Positions 1 through 7,653 of a stretch of 56,859 bases of DNA are shown here, in pieces (the first letter of the stretch is position 1; each line of letters starts with the position of its first letter). Source of the DNA: Candidatus Micrarchaeota archaeon (lineage in GTDB: Archaea > Iainarchaeota > Iainarchaeia > JAADDC01); the NCBI GenBank assembly GCA_027011045.1, contig JALVAT010000040.1, forward strand, positions 1-56,859. Reading direction: 5' to 3'. The notes under the pieces were generated by a model that worked only from the letters and a program-made list of their open reading frames with translations, did no database searches and was not told where the DNA came from. Position numbers and translations under genes: made by a program.

Positions 1-180
1 GGAGGTAGGGTTACCCCCCGACACCCGAAGGGCCCGCGTTGCTGCGGAGCCGCTGGGAGGTTAACGAGGCTTATTCAGCCCTCCCCAGATCCTCCCAGCC
101 GGCCTATCGGGCCTCGCGGTTACCCTCCGGGGCCACCGAAGACCGGTGCTACCGGCCTCCGGCCACCCGGTTTGCCCGGC
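1..180. ncRNA. GC-rich structured RNA candidate, truncated by the window edge; family not resolved (SRP/7S-like 5' end on the minus strand is one possibility)
   Basis: Hand count gives about 70% GC over 1-180, against roughly 50-55% in neighbouring genes, and there is no credible ORF. Nested hairpins are present: GCTGGGAGG (52-60) with CCTCCCAGC (91-99), and CACCG (134-138) with CGGTG (144-148). The reverse complement starts GCCGGGC and contains GGGUAACC and CGAUAGGCCGG, which recalls archaeal SRP Alu domains. No helix-8 signature is visible in the part present. Confidence 0.3.
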
Positions 181-243
181 GATACGAGAATTGATTGGAG
201 CTATTTAAAGCTTTCGGATTTGTGTATCCACTGCACAGTGGCC

Positions 244-717
244 CTATTTCTTGCCACCCACAATCTCCTTTATTTCTTCCAGCACACGCGCCGCGTGTCC
301 CTTTGCCCGCACGTTCTTCCATTCCTTGACGATTTGGCCTTCCGGCGATACGAGAAACGTGCTCCGTATAACGCCCTCTACTTCCCGTCCGTACATGCGC
401 TTTTTACCCCAAGCGCCGAAGGCCTTATGTACCGCAGCGTCCGGATCACTTAAAAGGGCTATTCTCAATCCATGCTTTTCCCTGAATCGCTTGTGGGACT
501 CCACAGATTGCCTTGAGATACCGATGATCCGTACCCCGAGCTTATCAAACTCATCTCTTAGTGCGGAGAACTCCTTTGCCTCCGTGGTGCATCCCGGCGT
601 GTTATCTCGAGGGTAAAAGTAGATGATCGTCCACCTTCCCCTTAGATCCTGGGAGCTGAGGGTCACTTCCCTTCCCTCTTCATCTATTCCCCTTAGTTGG
701 AACTCAGGGATCTTCAT
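244..717 (-). CDS. bcp: Peroxiredoxin Q/BCP-type thiol peroxidase
   Basis: 157 aa with the YFYPRDNTPGCTTEA active-site motif, typical Bcp length, and the last position of a thiol-redox operon. Confidence 0.9.
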   Translation of the reverse strand: MKIPEFQLRGIDEEGREVTLSSQDLRGRWTIIYFYPRDNTPGCTTEAKEFSALRDEFDKLGVRIIGISRQSVESHKRFREKHGLRIALLSDPDAAVHKAFGAWGKKRMYGREVEGVIRSTFLVSPEGQIVKEWKNVRAKGHAARVLEEIKEIVGGKK

Positions 718-721
718 GCAA

Positions 722-982
722 TCACCTCGCCTTGATTATCGCCCAGCCCGCGAAGAACCAGAATAGCAACAGCTCCCCCAGGCACCGCGGATCAGACAGG
801 GAACATTGGAGGCAGGACGCCTTAAACGTGATACAGTGGAGTATGAACAGGGTTACTATGCCCGCCAGTGGTATTATCAGATCCTTTTTCCCGCTTTTCA
901 CAGCGTATTCGACCAGAAGGTACCCCAGAAGCACTGCAATCGCGAGATGGAAGATAAATAGTATCACGGTACCCACCTCCAC
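722..982 (-). CDS. Small Cys-rich membrane protein, function unknown
   Basis: 86 aa with 2-3 hydrophobic helices and the loop HCITFKASCLQCSLSDPRC, which carries four Cys. It lies between ccdA and bcp on the same strand and overlaps the ccdA stop by 19 nt. Confidence 0.45.
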   Translation of the reverse strand: MEVGTVILFIFHLAIAVLLGYLLVEYAVKSGKKDLIIPLAGIVTLFILHCITFKASCLQCSLSDPRCLGELLLFWFFAGWAIIKAR

Positions 983-1512
983 GATGCCCCAGCGAGGTAG
1001 GAAAGGTATGCGCTCACGGCAACGAGCAGCGCCACGGACGCCCGCTCAATCCATTTGTTTCCGGCTATTAACGCACTGTTTTTCTTCATTATGATTGCAA
1101 CCACTGCAAGGGGCGTTATTATGCCCAGTGCGAATAGGAACGCGTTGATAATGGCTGATATGATTGTAAATGACGTTGTGGCAGTGGCCACGGCGAACCC
1201 GATGGAGCACGGCGAGAGCGCCAGTCCGTATAGCGCCCCTGTTGTGGGTATCCTCATCGCCTTGCCAGTGTACATCGTGTACGCAGAGTAAAATGTAATG
1301 GCTGCCGCCAGGAGCAGCAACACGGGCTGAATCCAGCTGATTATATGATAAGCGGCAGCAAAGGCCAGGTTAAGCGCTGAGAAGAGGAGGAATTGCGCAA
1401 CGAAGAACTCCATCAAAAATTTGACCGGATTGCGCCTTGTTATCATTACTGATAGGGCGGGGAGTACGCACCCGCTGAGCCCTGCGAAGAATCCACTTAC
1501 GTAGGCGAGCAT
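964..1512 (-). CDS. ccdA: CcdA/DsbD-family transmembrane thiol:disulfide electron transporter
   Basis: Polytopic membrane protein with two conserved Cys-containing helices, GFFAGLSGCVLPAL and GLALSPCSIGF. The start is placed at the ATG at 1512 (M9 of the ORF), giving a short overlap with the upstream thioredoxin-like gene. Confidence 0.75.
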   Translation of the reverse strand: MLAYVSGFFAGLSGCVLPALSVMITRRNPVKFLMEFFVAQFLLFSALNLAFAAAYHIISWIQPVLLLLAAAITFYSAYTMYTGKAMRIPTTGALYGLALSPCSIGFAVATATTSFTIISAIINAFLFALGIITPLAVVAIIMKKNSALIAGNKWIERASVALLVAVSAYLSYLAGASWRWVP

Positions 1513-1964
1513 GTCGTGCTTCCCCCGATGCCGCAAGCGCTACCCTTAGATTCGGCCTCCCACGGTAGCCGTCCCGCCAGCGCCGCCACTATTGATTCGT
1601 AATCCTGTTCCCCAACGAGTTTCTCCCCCGTTTTCGGTATTACTATTGTGGGCGTTTCTGAGACTCCATATTTCCTGGCAAGATCGGGGTACTCGAATAC
1701 GTTGAATGCTGAGACGGAGTATCCGGCCGATATAAGCTTTCTTATTGTGGGGATCTCCGCGATACAGTGGGGACACGTGGGTTGGTAAAAGACGAGGATC
1801 TCCGCGTTCGTATCCTTTGGGAGGAGCTCGTAAAACACGACAGAATTGGAGAGCCCCGCTGCAAAGGCCCCCAGCACGATGAGCGCCGCCAACCACATTA
1901 CCCAGCGCGGGCCCATCTCGTGCGATAGGGAGAAATCCATAGGAACATTAACGGCGTTAATCAT
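1497..1964 (-). CDS. Membrane-anchored thioredoxin-fold protein with a CPHC active site
   Basis: One N-terminal TM helix (WVMWLAALIVLGAFAAGL) followed by a Trx fold with YQPTCPHCIAEIP. The start is trimmed to an internal ATG at 1964 (alternatives at 1940 and 1916) because the long ORF would run into divergent sfsA. Confidence 0.75.
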   Translation of the reverse strand: MINAVNVPMDFSLSHEMGPRWVMWLAALIVLGAFAAGLSNSVVFYELLPKDTNAEILVFYQPTCPHCIAEIPTIRKLISAGYSVSAFNVFEYPDLARKYGVSETPTIVIPKTGEKLVGEQDYESIVAALAGRLPWEAESKGSACGIGGSTTCSPT

Positions 1965-1991
1965 TTTAATCTGCTCGGCTCGCTTCCTTCC

Positions 1992-2969
1992 GTGGAGATC
2001 CTTTCCTTCGACTCGCTCGTTTCTGGGGAGTTCGTCTCGCGTCCCAACCGTTTCGTGGCAGTTGTGCGTGTAAACGGCGAGGAGAGACTGGCGCACGTTC
2101 ACGATCCTGGGCGCCTGCCGGAGCTGCTACGCCCCGGTGCCCGTGTGCTCCTCCTGCCCAAGAAGGGCGCTAAGACGGACTTTCACCTTATTGCAGTCTA
2201 CCGCGAGGGCTACGGCTGGGTGTTTCAGCATTCGGGCTACCATTCTCTAATTGCCCAGAAGCTTGTGGAGTCCCGTGCGCTCCCCGAGTTCAGGGATGTT
2301 GTTGCGTACGGAAAGGAAATAGCGATCGATAACCACCGCATAGACTTCGTTCTTTCCTACTATACAGGGGACGTCCTAATGGAGGTGAAGGGCTGCACGC
2401 TCTTTAGTGATGACCTTGCTCTATTTCCCGACGCTCCGACGAAGCGTGGACGGGAACACGTGGAGCTCCTTTCTGATTACGGCGATTCTATCCTGCTCTT
2501 TCTGGTTATGAACGACCGGGTTCGGTACTTCGCTCCTAACGTCGAGACGGATCCGAAATTCCATAGTGCTTTCCTCCACGCCCTTTCTCGAGGCATGCAC
2601 GTTATTCCCGTCACGTTCTCCTTCGACGGGAGGACGCTGCACCATGTTGGAAGGGTGCCCTTTGTTTCTGATCCACACGATGACGAGCTCTTCTCTCTGG
2701 CGAATCTCGCCATGGATGCTGCAGATCGCTACTCTGAGCGCTTTGGGCCCGAGGCTCATGCCGTTCTTGCTGGCGTTTCGCGCGTAGATGGTACTCCCTA
2801 TGTGCACGTGGTTTTCCATGGGATTTTCTGCCAATCTTGCGGACTATACGACTACTTTGACGATTACGGTTTGATCTTAGCTGATCTCGGTGTTCGTTCA
2901 GTCCCCGAATTTGCCAAGCGGTTCGGGAATACCTATGTGGTCCGGTTCAAGGTGAAAGAAGGCACCTAA
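1992..2969 (+). CDS. sfsA: SfsA-family nuclease-like protein with a C-terminal extension of about 95 aa
   Basis: The N-terminal ~230 aa match SfsA (GEFVSRPNRFVAVV..., HVHDPGRL, EVKGCTL, FPDAPTKRGREH). An extra tail carries HVVFHGIFCQSCGLYDYF. The start codon is GTG. Confidence 0.85.
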   Translation: MEILSFDSLVSGEFVSRPNRFVAVVRVNGEERLAHVHDPGRLPELLRPGARVLLLPKKGAKTDFHLIAVYREGYGWVFQHSGYHSLIAQKLVESRALPEFRDVVAYGKEIAIDNHRIDFVLSYYTGDVLMEVKGCTLFSDDLALFPDAPTKRGREHVELLSDYGDSILLFLVMNDRVRYFAPNVETDPKFHSAFLHALSRGMHVIPVTFSFDGRTLHHVGRVPFVSDPHDDELFSLANLAMDAADRYSERFGPEAHAVLAGVSRVDGTPYVHVVFHGIFCQSCGLYDYFDDYGLILADLGVRSVPEFAKRFGNTYVVRFKVKEGT

Positions 2970-2980
2970 TGTCTTGCTTT

Positions 2981-3762
2981 CTATCGCAGTAATACTTTGT
3001 AGACGCGACATACCTTTGTTTCGCCGACGCTATTTACTAGTGTGAGCGTTGACCCGTTAATTACTGCAGATTCGGGGCGCTCATGTTCGAATATTATTCT
3101 TTCCAGGATTATACCATCCTTTCTTACCAGAAGCAGAGTTCCCTTGCTTTGTATGGTGAAACCATTGCAGTCAGCATAGCTTGTGAAAATCGCAGGGTAT
3201 ATGTCTGTGTCGTTTCCGTTATATATTCTTAAGACTGTGAAGTATTTGCACGGCAGTTTTGGAAGCTGGCAGAACTCCAAATTTCCCTTTACTGTGATGC
3301 AGCTCTTTGTGATGGGTGTGATTACATCGCACTATACTTTGTTTGTTTCTGATAGTGTTTTTACACAGCCAGATAGTGTTGCGCTTCTTGCGGTTAACTC
3401 GTCCATGAATGTCCATCCAGGTGTTCCAACCATTCCAGGGATGTATAGCTGGTTGCAGTCTACGGGTGTTAGCCAACAATTGCGCTCTACTCGATAACAT
3501 ATTCTTTCGTTGAAATCCTCCGCAAAAACACCGTAGTGCCCATGATATAATCCTACATCGTTAGATTCGGTGTGGTGATAAGTTCCTTGCAGTAATTTCC
3601 TTGAGTTTTGCAGTCTGTTGCGTGGCGGTATTTTTTTGTGCCCTTTGTTGTGCATGTGAGGAGCAGAGCAGCTATGCTCACGAGAAGGGTTACAGTGAGT
3701 AGCAGGATTAATCGTTTCTTTGGTTGCGGTGGCTTGTTGTTTCTCATTCCCATATGCTTCAT
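2981..3762 (-). pseudogene. Disrupted gene for a secreted or lipoprotein-like Cys-rich protein, in three ORF pieces
   Basis: ORF 3553-3762 encodes a signal/TM peptide (KKRLILLLTVTLLVSIAALLLTC). The body continues in another frame (3332-3655), reachable by a 1-nt change in the T7 run at 3631-3637. It then continues in the same frame across a single TAG (3332-3334) into 2981-3331. The region is visibly AT-rich, about 37% GC in a 60-nt hand count. Confidence 0.45.
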
Positions 3763-3785
3763 ATCAATAGAGTGCTTAGTGGCTT

Positions 3786-4511
3786 TTATTTACCAACGAA
3801 TCGAATGAGCTCTTCCCCCACATCCCCGAAGGCACCCCTTATCTTCTCCTGCACTTCGGGATTTCCACTCATTGCGGGCCACAGAATCGAGTCGATGTGG
3901 AGCGGGGGAACCTCCGTTTCTTCGGCAACCCCTTGCCAGAATCTAATCGGATCTTTTTCTCCCAAGCGCACCGTCAGTCGGCGTATCCTAGAGTCCACTG
4001 GAATCGGAATGTCCATGGGGTATGGTCTGAACTTACCCATCACGATGCGCGCGGCGTAGCCGAACATCTTGACTGCGAACACAACGGTCTTCGCGTTTTT
4101 GCTCGTACCGAGGGCATCCGAGAGGTCCTCTTGGAGCGCGCGCATGTTCCTGTAGTACTGCTCTACGTCCATAGACTTCAGGAAGGGTTCGACGCGTTCA
4201 AGTCTTTTCAGCTTTGTTGGTGTTAGCCGCCTGTTTGTCCTGCTGTTTGGCAGGAATCTCGCGTATGCCTTTGTGATGGAACTTACGTTCTTGTTTGAAA
4301 ACCCTCTGGCGAATTCCCACCACCACTCCTCGCCTTTTCCGGAAAGCTGATACGAGACGAGCGCGTTTGCCACAACAAGTCGTACAAAAGCATCAGAATC
4401 TATTCCGCTGCCGTACAGGTGCCTGAGTGCCTGGAACTGGGGGTCTATGTGCTCCTCTATAAACCGCGCGCCGTCGACGCCAATGCGTGAGATGATCTCC
4501 ACGATCTGCAC
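3786..4511 (-). CDS. Archaeal 8-oxoguanine DNA glycosylase/lyase (AGOG family)
   Basis: 241 aa of AGOG-like length and sequence character ([39 protein letters not shown]). It starts 10 bp downstream of the lrp-like gene. Confidence 0.7.
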   Translation of the reverse strand: MQIVEIISRIGVDGARFIEEHIDPQFQALRHLYGSGIDSDAFVRLVVANALVSYQLSGKGEEWWWEFARGFSNKNVSSITKAYARFLPNSRTNRRLTPTKLKRLERVEPFLKSMDVEQYYRNMRALQEDLSDALGTSKNAKTVVFAVKMFGYAARIVMGKFRPYPMDIPIPVDSRIRRLTVRLGEKDPIRFWQGVAEETEVPPLHIDSILWPAMSGNPEVQEKIRGAFGDVGEELIRFVGK

Positions 4512-4521
4512 GGCGATCCCT

Positions 4522-4950
4522 TCACTTCAGCTCTTCCACCAGGATCGCGGGGCAGACGCGCTGAACGCCTTCGATGCTCTCCAGGCGGCGCACGAAGCGG
4601 ACCATTTCGTCGCTGTCGTGGAACCAGCACTCGATCATGATCATGTGATCGCCCGTGGTGCTCTTCATGCGCTTCACTTCTGGCATCTTCTTCACTTGCT
4701 CTATCGCCCTGACGTACTGCTCTGGCTCCACATCAAAGCCAATCTCCGCCACGATTTTGTAGCCGATCTTCTTGGGATCCACGACAGCCCTGTAGCCGCG
4801 AATAATCCCCTGCTCCTCCAGTTTCTTCACGCGCTTTCTGATCGCCGCCTCTGTGACGCCGAGCTTCCTGGCTATCTCCGTGTATGGCGTTCTCGCGTCC
4901 TTCATGAGGATTTCGATGATCATAAGATCTCTTTCCGAGACTCGAACCAT
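4522..4950 (-). CDS. Lrp/AsnC-family transcriptional regulator
   Basis: 142 aa with an N-terminal HTH ([30 protein letters not shown]) and a C-terminal RAM/AsnC_trans_reg domain. Confidence 0.9.
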   Translation of the reverse strand: MVRVSERDLMIIEILMKDARTPYTEIARKLGVTEAAIRKRVKKLEEQGIIRGYRAVVDPKKIGYKIVAEIGFDVEPEQYVRAIEQVKKMPEVKRMKSTTGDHMIMIECWFHDSDEMVRFVRRLESIEGVQRVCPAILVEELK

Positions 4951-5013
4951 ATATGCAATCGAACCGAACCATATTTAAAGACTTTCGAACTTACTCTTCC
5001 TGAGGTGATGCAC

Positions 5014-5673
5014 ATGGCAGAGATATACGTACCGGCAATCGGGGACAAGTTCCCTGAGCTGGAGGTCAACACTACCCACGGGAAGATGAAGCTCCCCGAT
5101 GCGTTCAAGGGCAAGTGGTTCGTGCTGTTCTCCCACCCGGCAGACTTTACGCCTGTTTGTACCACGGAGTTCGTTGCGTTCCAGAAGCGATACGATAAGT
5201 TTAAGGAGCTCAACACGGAGCTTATCGGTCTTTCCGTTGATCAGGTGTTCTCCCACATCAAGTGGATTGAGTGGATAAAGGATAAGTTTGGCGTTGAGAT
5301 CCAGTTCCCCATCATAGCGGACGACATGGGTATCGTGGCGGAGACCCTTGGCATGATCCACCCCAACAAGGGAACCAACACCGTGCGCGCAGTCTTCATT
5401 GTTGACGACAAGGGCATTATCCGTGCGATTCTCTACTACCCACAGGAGGCTGGCCGCGACGTTGACGAGATCCTCCGCCTCGTGAAGGCGCTGCAGACTT
5501 CCGACAAGTACGGCGTCGCCCTGCCACACAAGTGGCCAGAGAACGAGCTCATCGGCGACCACGTGATCATACCACCCGCATCCAGCGTTGAGGAGAAGAA
5601 GCAGCGCGAGGAGGCTGCCAAGAAGGGCGAGATCGAGTGCTTCGACTGGTGGTTCTGCCACAAGAAGATCTAA
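5014..5673 (+). CDS. Archaeal peroxiredoxin (Prx, thioredoxin peroxidase)
   Basis: Carries [13 protein letters not shown] and the C-terminal [10 protein letters not shown] Cys pair typical of archaeal Prx. A GAGGTGA RBS at 5002-5008 precedes the ATG at 5014. The long upstream part of ORF 4447-5673 is the antisense shadow of lrp. Confidence 0.95.
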   Translation: MAEIYVPAIGDKFPELEVNTTHGKMKLPDAFKGKWFVLFSHPADFTPVCTTEFVAFQKRYDKFKELNTELIGLSVDQVFSHIKWIEWIKDKFGVEIQFPIIADDMGIVAETLGMIHPNKGTNTVRAVFIVDDKGIIRAILYYPQEAGRDVDEILRLVKALQTSDKYGVALPHKWPENELIGDHVIIPPASSVEEKKQREEAAKKGEIECFDWWFCHKKI

Positions 5674-5716
5674 CGCCCTTCTTTTTTCCACAATTCTTTT
5701 ACTCAAGGTGAAAAAG

Positions 5717-6007
5717 ATGATGTCCGAAATTCCAAGGGGTTTTGAAAATGTTAAGGAAGAGGATCACCGTATGGCTGATTCTGAGCTTGTTCGCATTGGT
5801 TTGATTGCTGAACTGGATGCTATTAGCCTTTATGAGCAGCTTGCCGCCCATGCAAAGGACTCCCTTGTGAAGAAGGTGTTCCTTGACATTGCCCGCGAGG
5901 AGAAGGAGCACGTCGGCGAGTTCCTTGAGCTCCTGAAGCGACTGGATCCGGAGCAGATCGATGCGCTGGAGCACGGTGCCAACGAAGTCCGCGAGATGGA
6001 GGGGTGA
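5717..6007 (+). CDS. Half-ferritin / encapsulated-ferritin-like (rubrerythrin-family) protein
   Basis: 96 aa containing ELDAISLYEQ and REEKEHVGEFLELLKR, i.e. a Glu plus ExxH di-iron half-site as in EncFtn. An AAGGTGA RBS lies at 5705-5711. The stop overlaps the RBS region of sor. Confidence 0.7.
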   Translation: MMSEIPRGFENVKEEDHRMADSELVRIGLIAELDAISLYEQLAAHAKDSLVKKVFLDIAREEKEHVGEFLELLKRLDPEQIDALEHGANEVREMEG

Positions 6008-6009
6008 GC

Positions 6010-6369
6010 ATGGAGATCCGCACCGCCGATTGGAAGCACGAGAAGCACGTTCCTGTCATCCAGGTTCCCGGACGGGTGAAGCCCGGTGAGCCGGTGGATA
6101 TAATCGTCACGGTGGGCAAGGAGCAGCCCCATCCAAACACACCGGAGCATCACATATCTTGGGTGGAGCTCTACTTCATCCCCGAGGGCAAGGACATTGC
6201 GTACTACTTGGGCCGTGCTGAGTTTGGTGCCCATGGCGAGGAGCAGATGTACACGGAACCTGTTGCACTTTTCCGTGTCGCTCTTCCAGGATCTGGCACT
6301 CTCCGGGCCCTTGCCCACTGCAACGTCCACGGTCTCTGGGAGGGCGAGCGTAGGGTGGAGGTGAAGTAG
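6010..6369 (+). CDS. sor: Superoxide reductase (1Fe-SOR, neelaredoxin type)
   Basis: Contains EKHVPVI, HPNTPEHHISWVELY and CNVHGLWE, which supply the His4Cys iron ligands. A GGAGG RBS sits just upstream. Confidence 0.9.
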   Translation: MEIRTADWKHEKHVPVIQVPGRVKPGEPVDIIVTVGKEQPHPNTPEHHISWVELYFIPEGKDIAYYLGRAEFGAHGEEQMYTEPVALFRVALPGSGTLRALAHCNVHGLWEGERRVEVK

Positions 6370-6554
6370 ATGCCCTGTAAGAAGCGCAAGAAGAAAAAGA
6401 AGAACGAGCAGTGAGCCTTTTAACGGTTCCTTTCTTTTATTTGCCAGATGCACGGCCAATTTTTGATTCCACACATCCACCCGCGCATCGAGCTGCCCCG
6501 AGAGGTACTTCACGTATATTTTATATCTCGTATTCGCTATCCGGAGGTGTGAGC

Positions 6555-7649
6555 GTGGAGGAACCGAACGGAGAAGAGCGAAGAACGGTATATCTCCTTG
6601 GGTTAACCTCCATGATCAACGATGCGAGCTCCGAGGCGATCTATGCAATCCTTCCCTACTACGTGGATAATCTTGCGCTCATTGGTCTCTTCGGCGGTCT
6701 TTTCAACGGTCTTGGCAATGCGCTGAAGCTCGTCTTTGGATACCTATCCGACCGCTTTGCGCGTAGAAAACCCCTTGTCATGCTCGGCTATTTGGTTTCC
6801 GCCGCATCGAAGACGTCGATGGCCCTTGTAAGCTCCGCACTGCTACCCGTGCTGATCGTGCTCGATCGCATTGGGAAGGGGATTCGCGACTCGCCAAGGG
6901 ACGCCATTCTTTCTACCGTCAGGGCAAGGGGGTTTGCTTTTTCTGTCCACAGAGCCCTAGATACTACTGGAGCACTTCTCGGCACGCTGCTTGCGTACTA
7001 TTTGCTGTCCAACGTTGGCGATTACCGCTTTGCCATGCTCGTTGCCGGTATGCTTGGCTTTTTTACTATCTTCCCCCTCCTCTTTGTGCCTGAACCCAAG
7101 GGTGCCCTCCTGCGCCGATCCTTTGGCGATGCCCTCGCGCATCTGTCTGCAGGGGTCAAGCACTTCCTTCTTCCGGCTGTGCTCTTCGGTTTTGCGGCAA
7201 TCTCTCCCATGCTTTTTATAACGACGGCAAAAACGGAGGAATCCTTCTACGCCATTCTCCTATACGCCCTTTACAACCTGTTTTACGTCCTTTCCGCCAC
7301 GTTCATTGGTAGGAGTTCCGATCGCTTTGGTAGGGGCAGAATAATGATTCTCGGCGGCACCCTTATCGCCCTTGCATACCTGGCAATGTATGCCGGAAGC
7401 TACGTGCTGGGCTTTCTTCTTTACGGTCTTGGAATCGGTGCATTCCTCCCCGCAGCCTTTGCGCATATAGGGGACGTTTCCAAGGAGCGTGGCACTGCGA
7501 TGGGTGTTTTCCAGAGTGTCTACGGAATTTCCGTGCTAATTTCCTCCACACTCTTCGGGTATCTGCTTGGAATCCTGGGCCCACTTACCTTTGTGCTGTA
7601 TGCCGTTTTTCCCGTCGCCGCCGTGCTCTCCGTGCTTAGCCTGAGGTGA
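6555..7649 (+). CDS. MFS transporter
   Basis: About 364 aa with 10-12 TM helices and the MFS loop motif GYLSDRFARRKP. The start is set at the GTG at 6555, preceded by GGAGGTG. Confidence 0.8.
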   Translation: MEEPNGEERRTVYLLGLTSMINDASSEAIYAILPYYVDNLALIGLFGGLFNGLGNALKLVFGYLSDRFARRKPLVMLGYLVSAASKTSMALVSSALLPVLIVLDRIGKGIRDSPRDAILSTVRARGFAFSVHRALDTTGALLGTLLAYYLLSNVGDYRFAMLVAGMLGFFTIFPLLFVPEPKGALLRRSFGDALAHLSAGVKHFLLPAVLFGFAAISPMLFITTAKTEESFYAILLYALYNLFYVLSATFIGRSSDRFGRGRIMILGGTLIALAYLAMYAGSYVLGFLLYGLGIGAFLPAAFAHIGDVSKERGTAMGVFQSVYGISVLISSTLFGYLLGILGPLTFVLYAVFPVAAVLSVLSLR

Positions 7650-7653
7650 TCCC

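Noticed and set aside
1-180. A firm call of SRP RNA or RNase P RNA for the left-edge element.
   Set aside because: Only loose resemblance is visible: a GCCGGGC start and GGGUAACC for SRP, and GGCUUAU for RNase P CR-V. The diagnostic helix-8 and P4 motifs are not present in the part available, so it is kept as an unassigned ncRNA candidate.
3332-3334. The in-frame TAG might be a pyrrolysine or programmed read-through codon.
   Set aside because: The window has no Pyl-system or methylamine methyltransferase context. The same gene also carries a frameshift and lies in an AT-rich islet, so decay is the simpler explanation.
4447-5013. The long N-terminal extension of the Prx ORF (408 aa in the track), and similar long shadow ORFs: 4975-5706 minus, 5830-6513 minus, 18255-18953 minus, 30028-30897 plus, 35522-36373 minus, 39147-39818 plus, 47319-47906 minus, 54098-54673 minus.
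   Set aside because: They lie antisense to, or out of frame with, genes that have strong family motifs. Their translations are compositionally odd (Arg/His/Leu-rich). Open antisense frames are expected in GC-rich coding DNA.
5717-6007. An encapsulin nanocompartment system, prompted by the EncFtn-like protein.
   Set aside because: The window has no ORF with the size or character of an HK97-fold shell protein, and the half-ferritin has no C-terminal cargo-loading peptide.
6370-6414. A tiny ORF directly after sor encodes MPCKKRKKKKKNEQ.
   Set aside because: It is only 14 codons, is made of an A/G-rich low-complexity tract, and has no RBS spacing evidence. It is more likely a spacer or 3' UTR than a gene.
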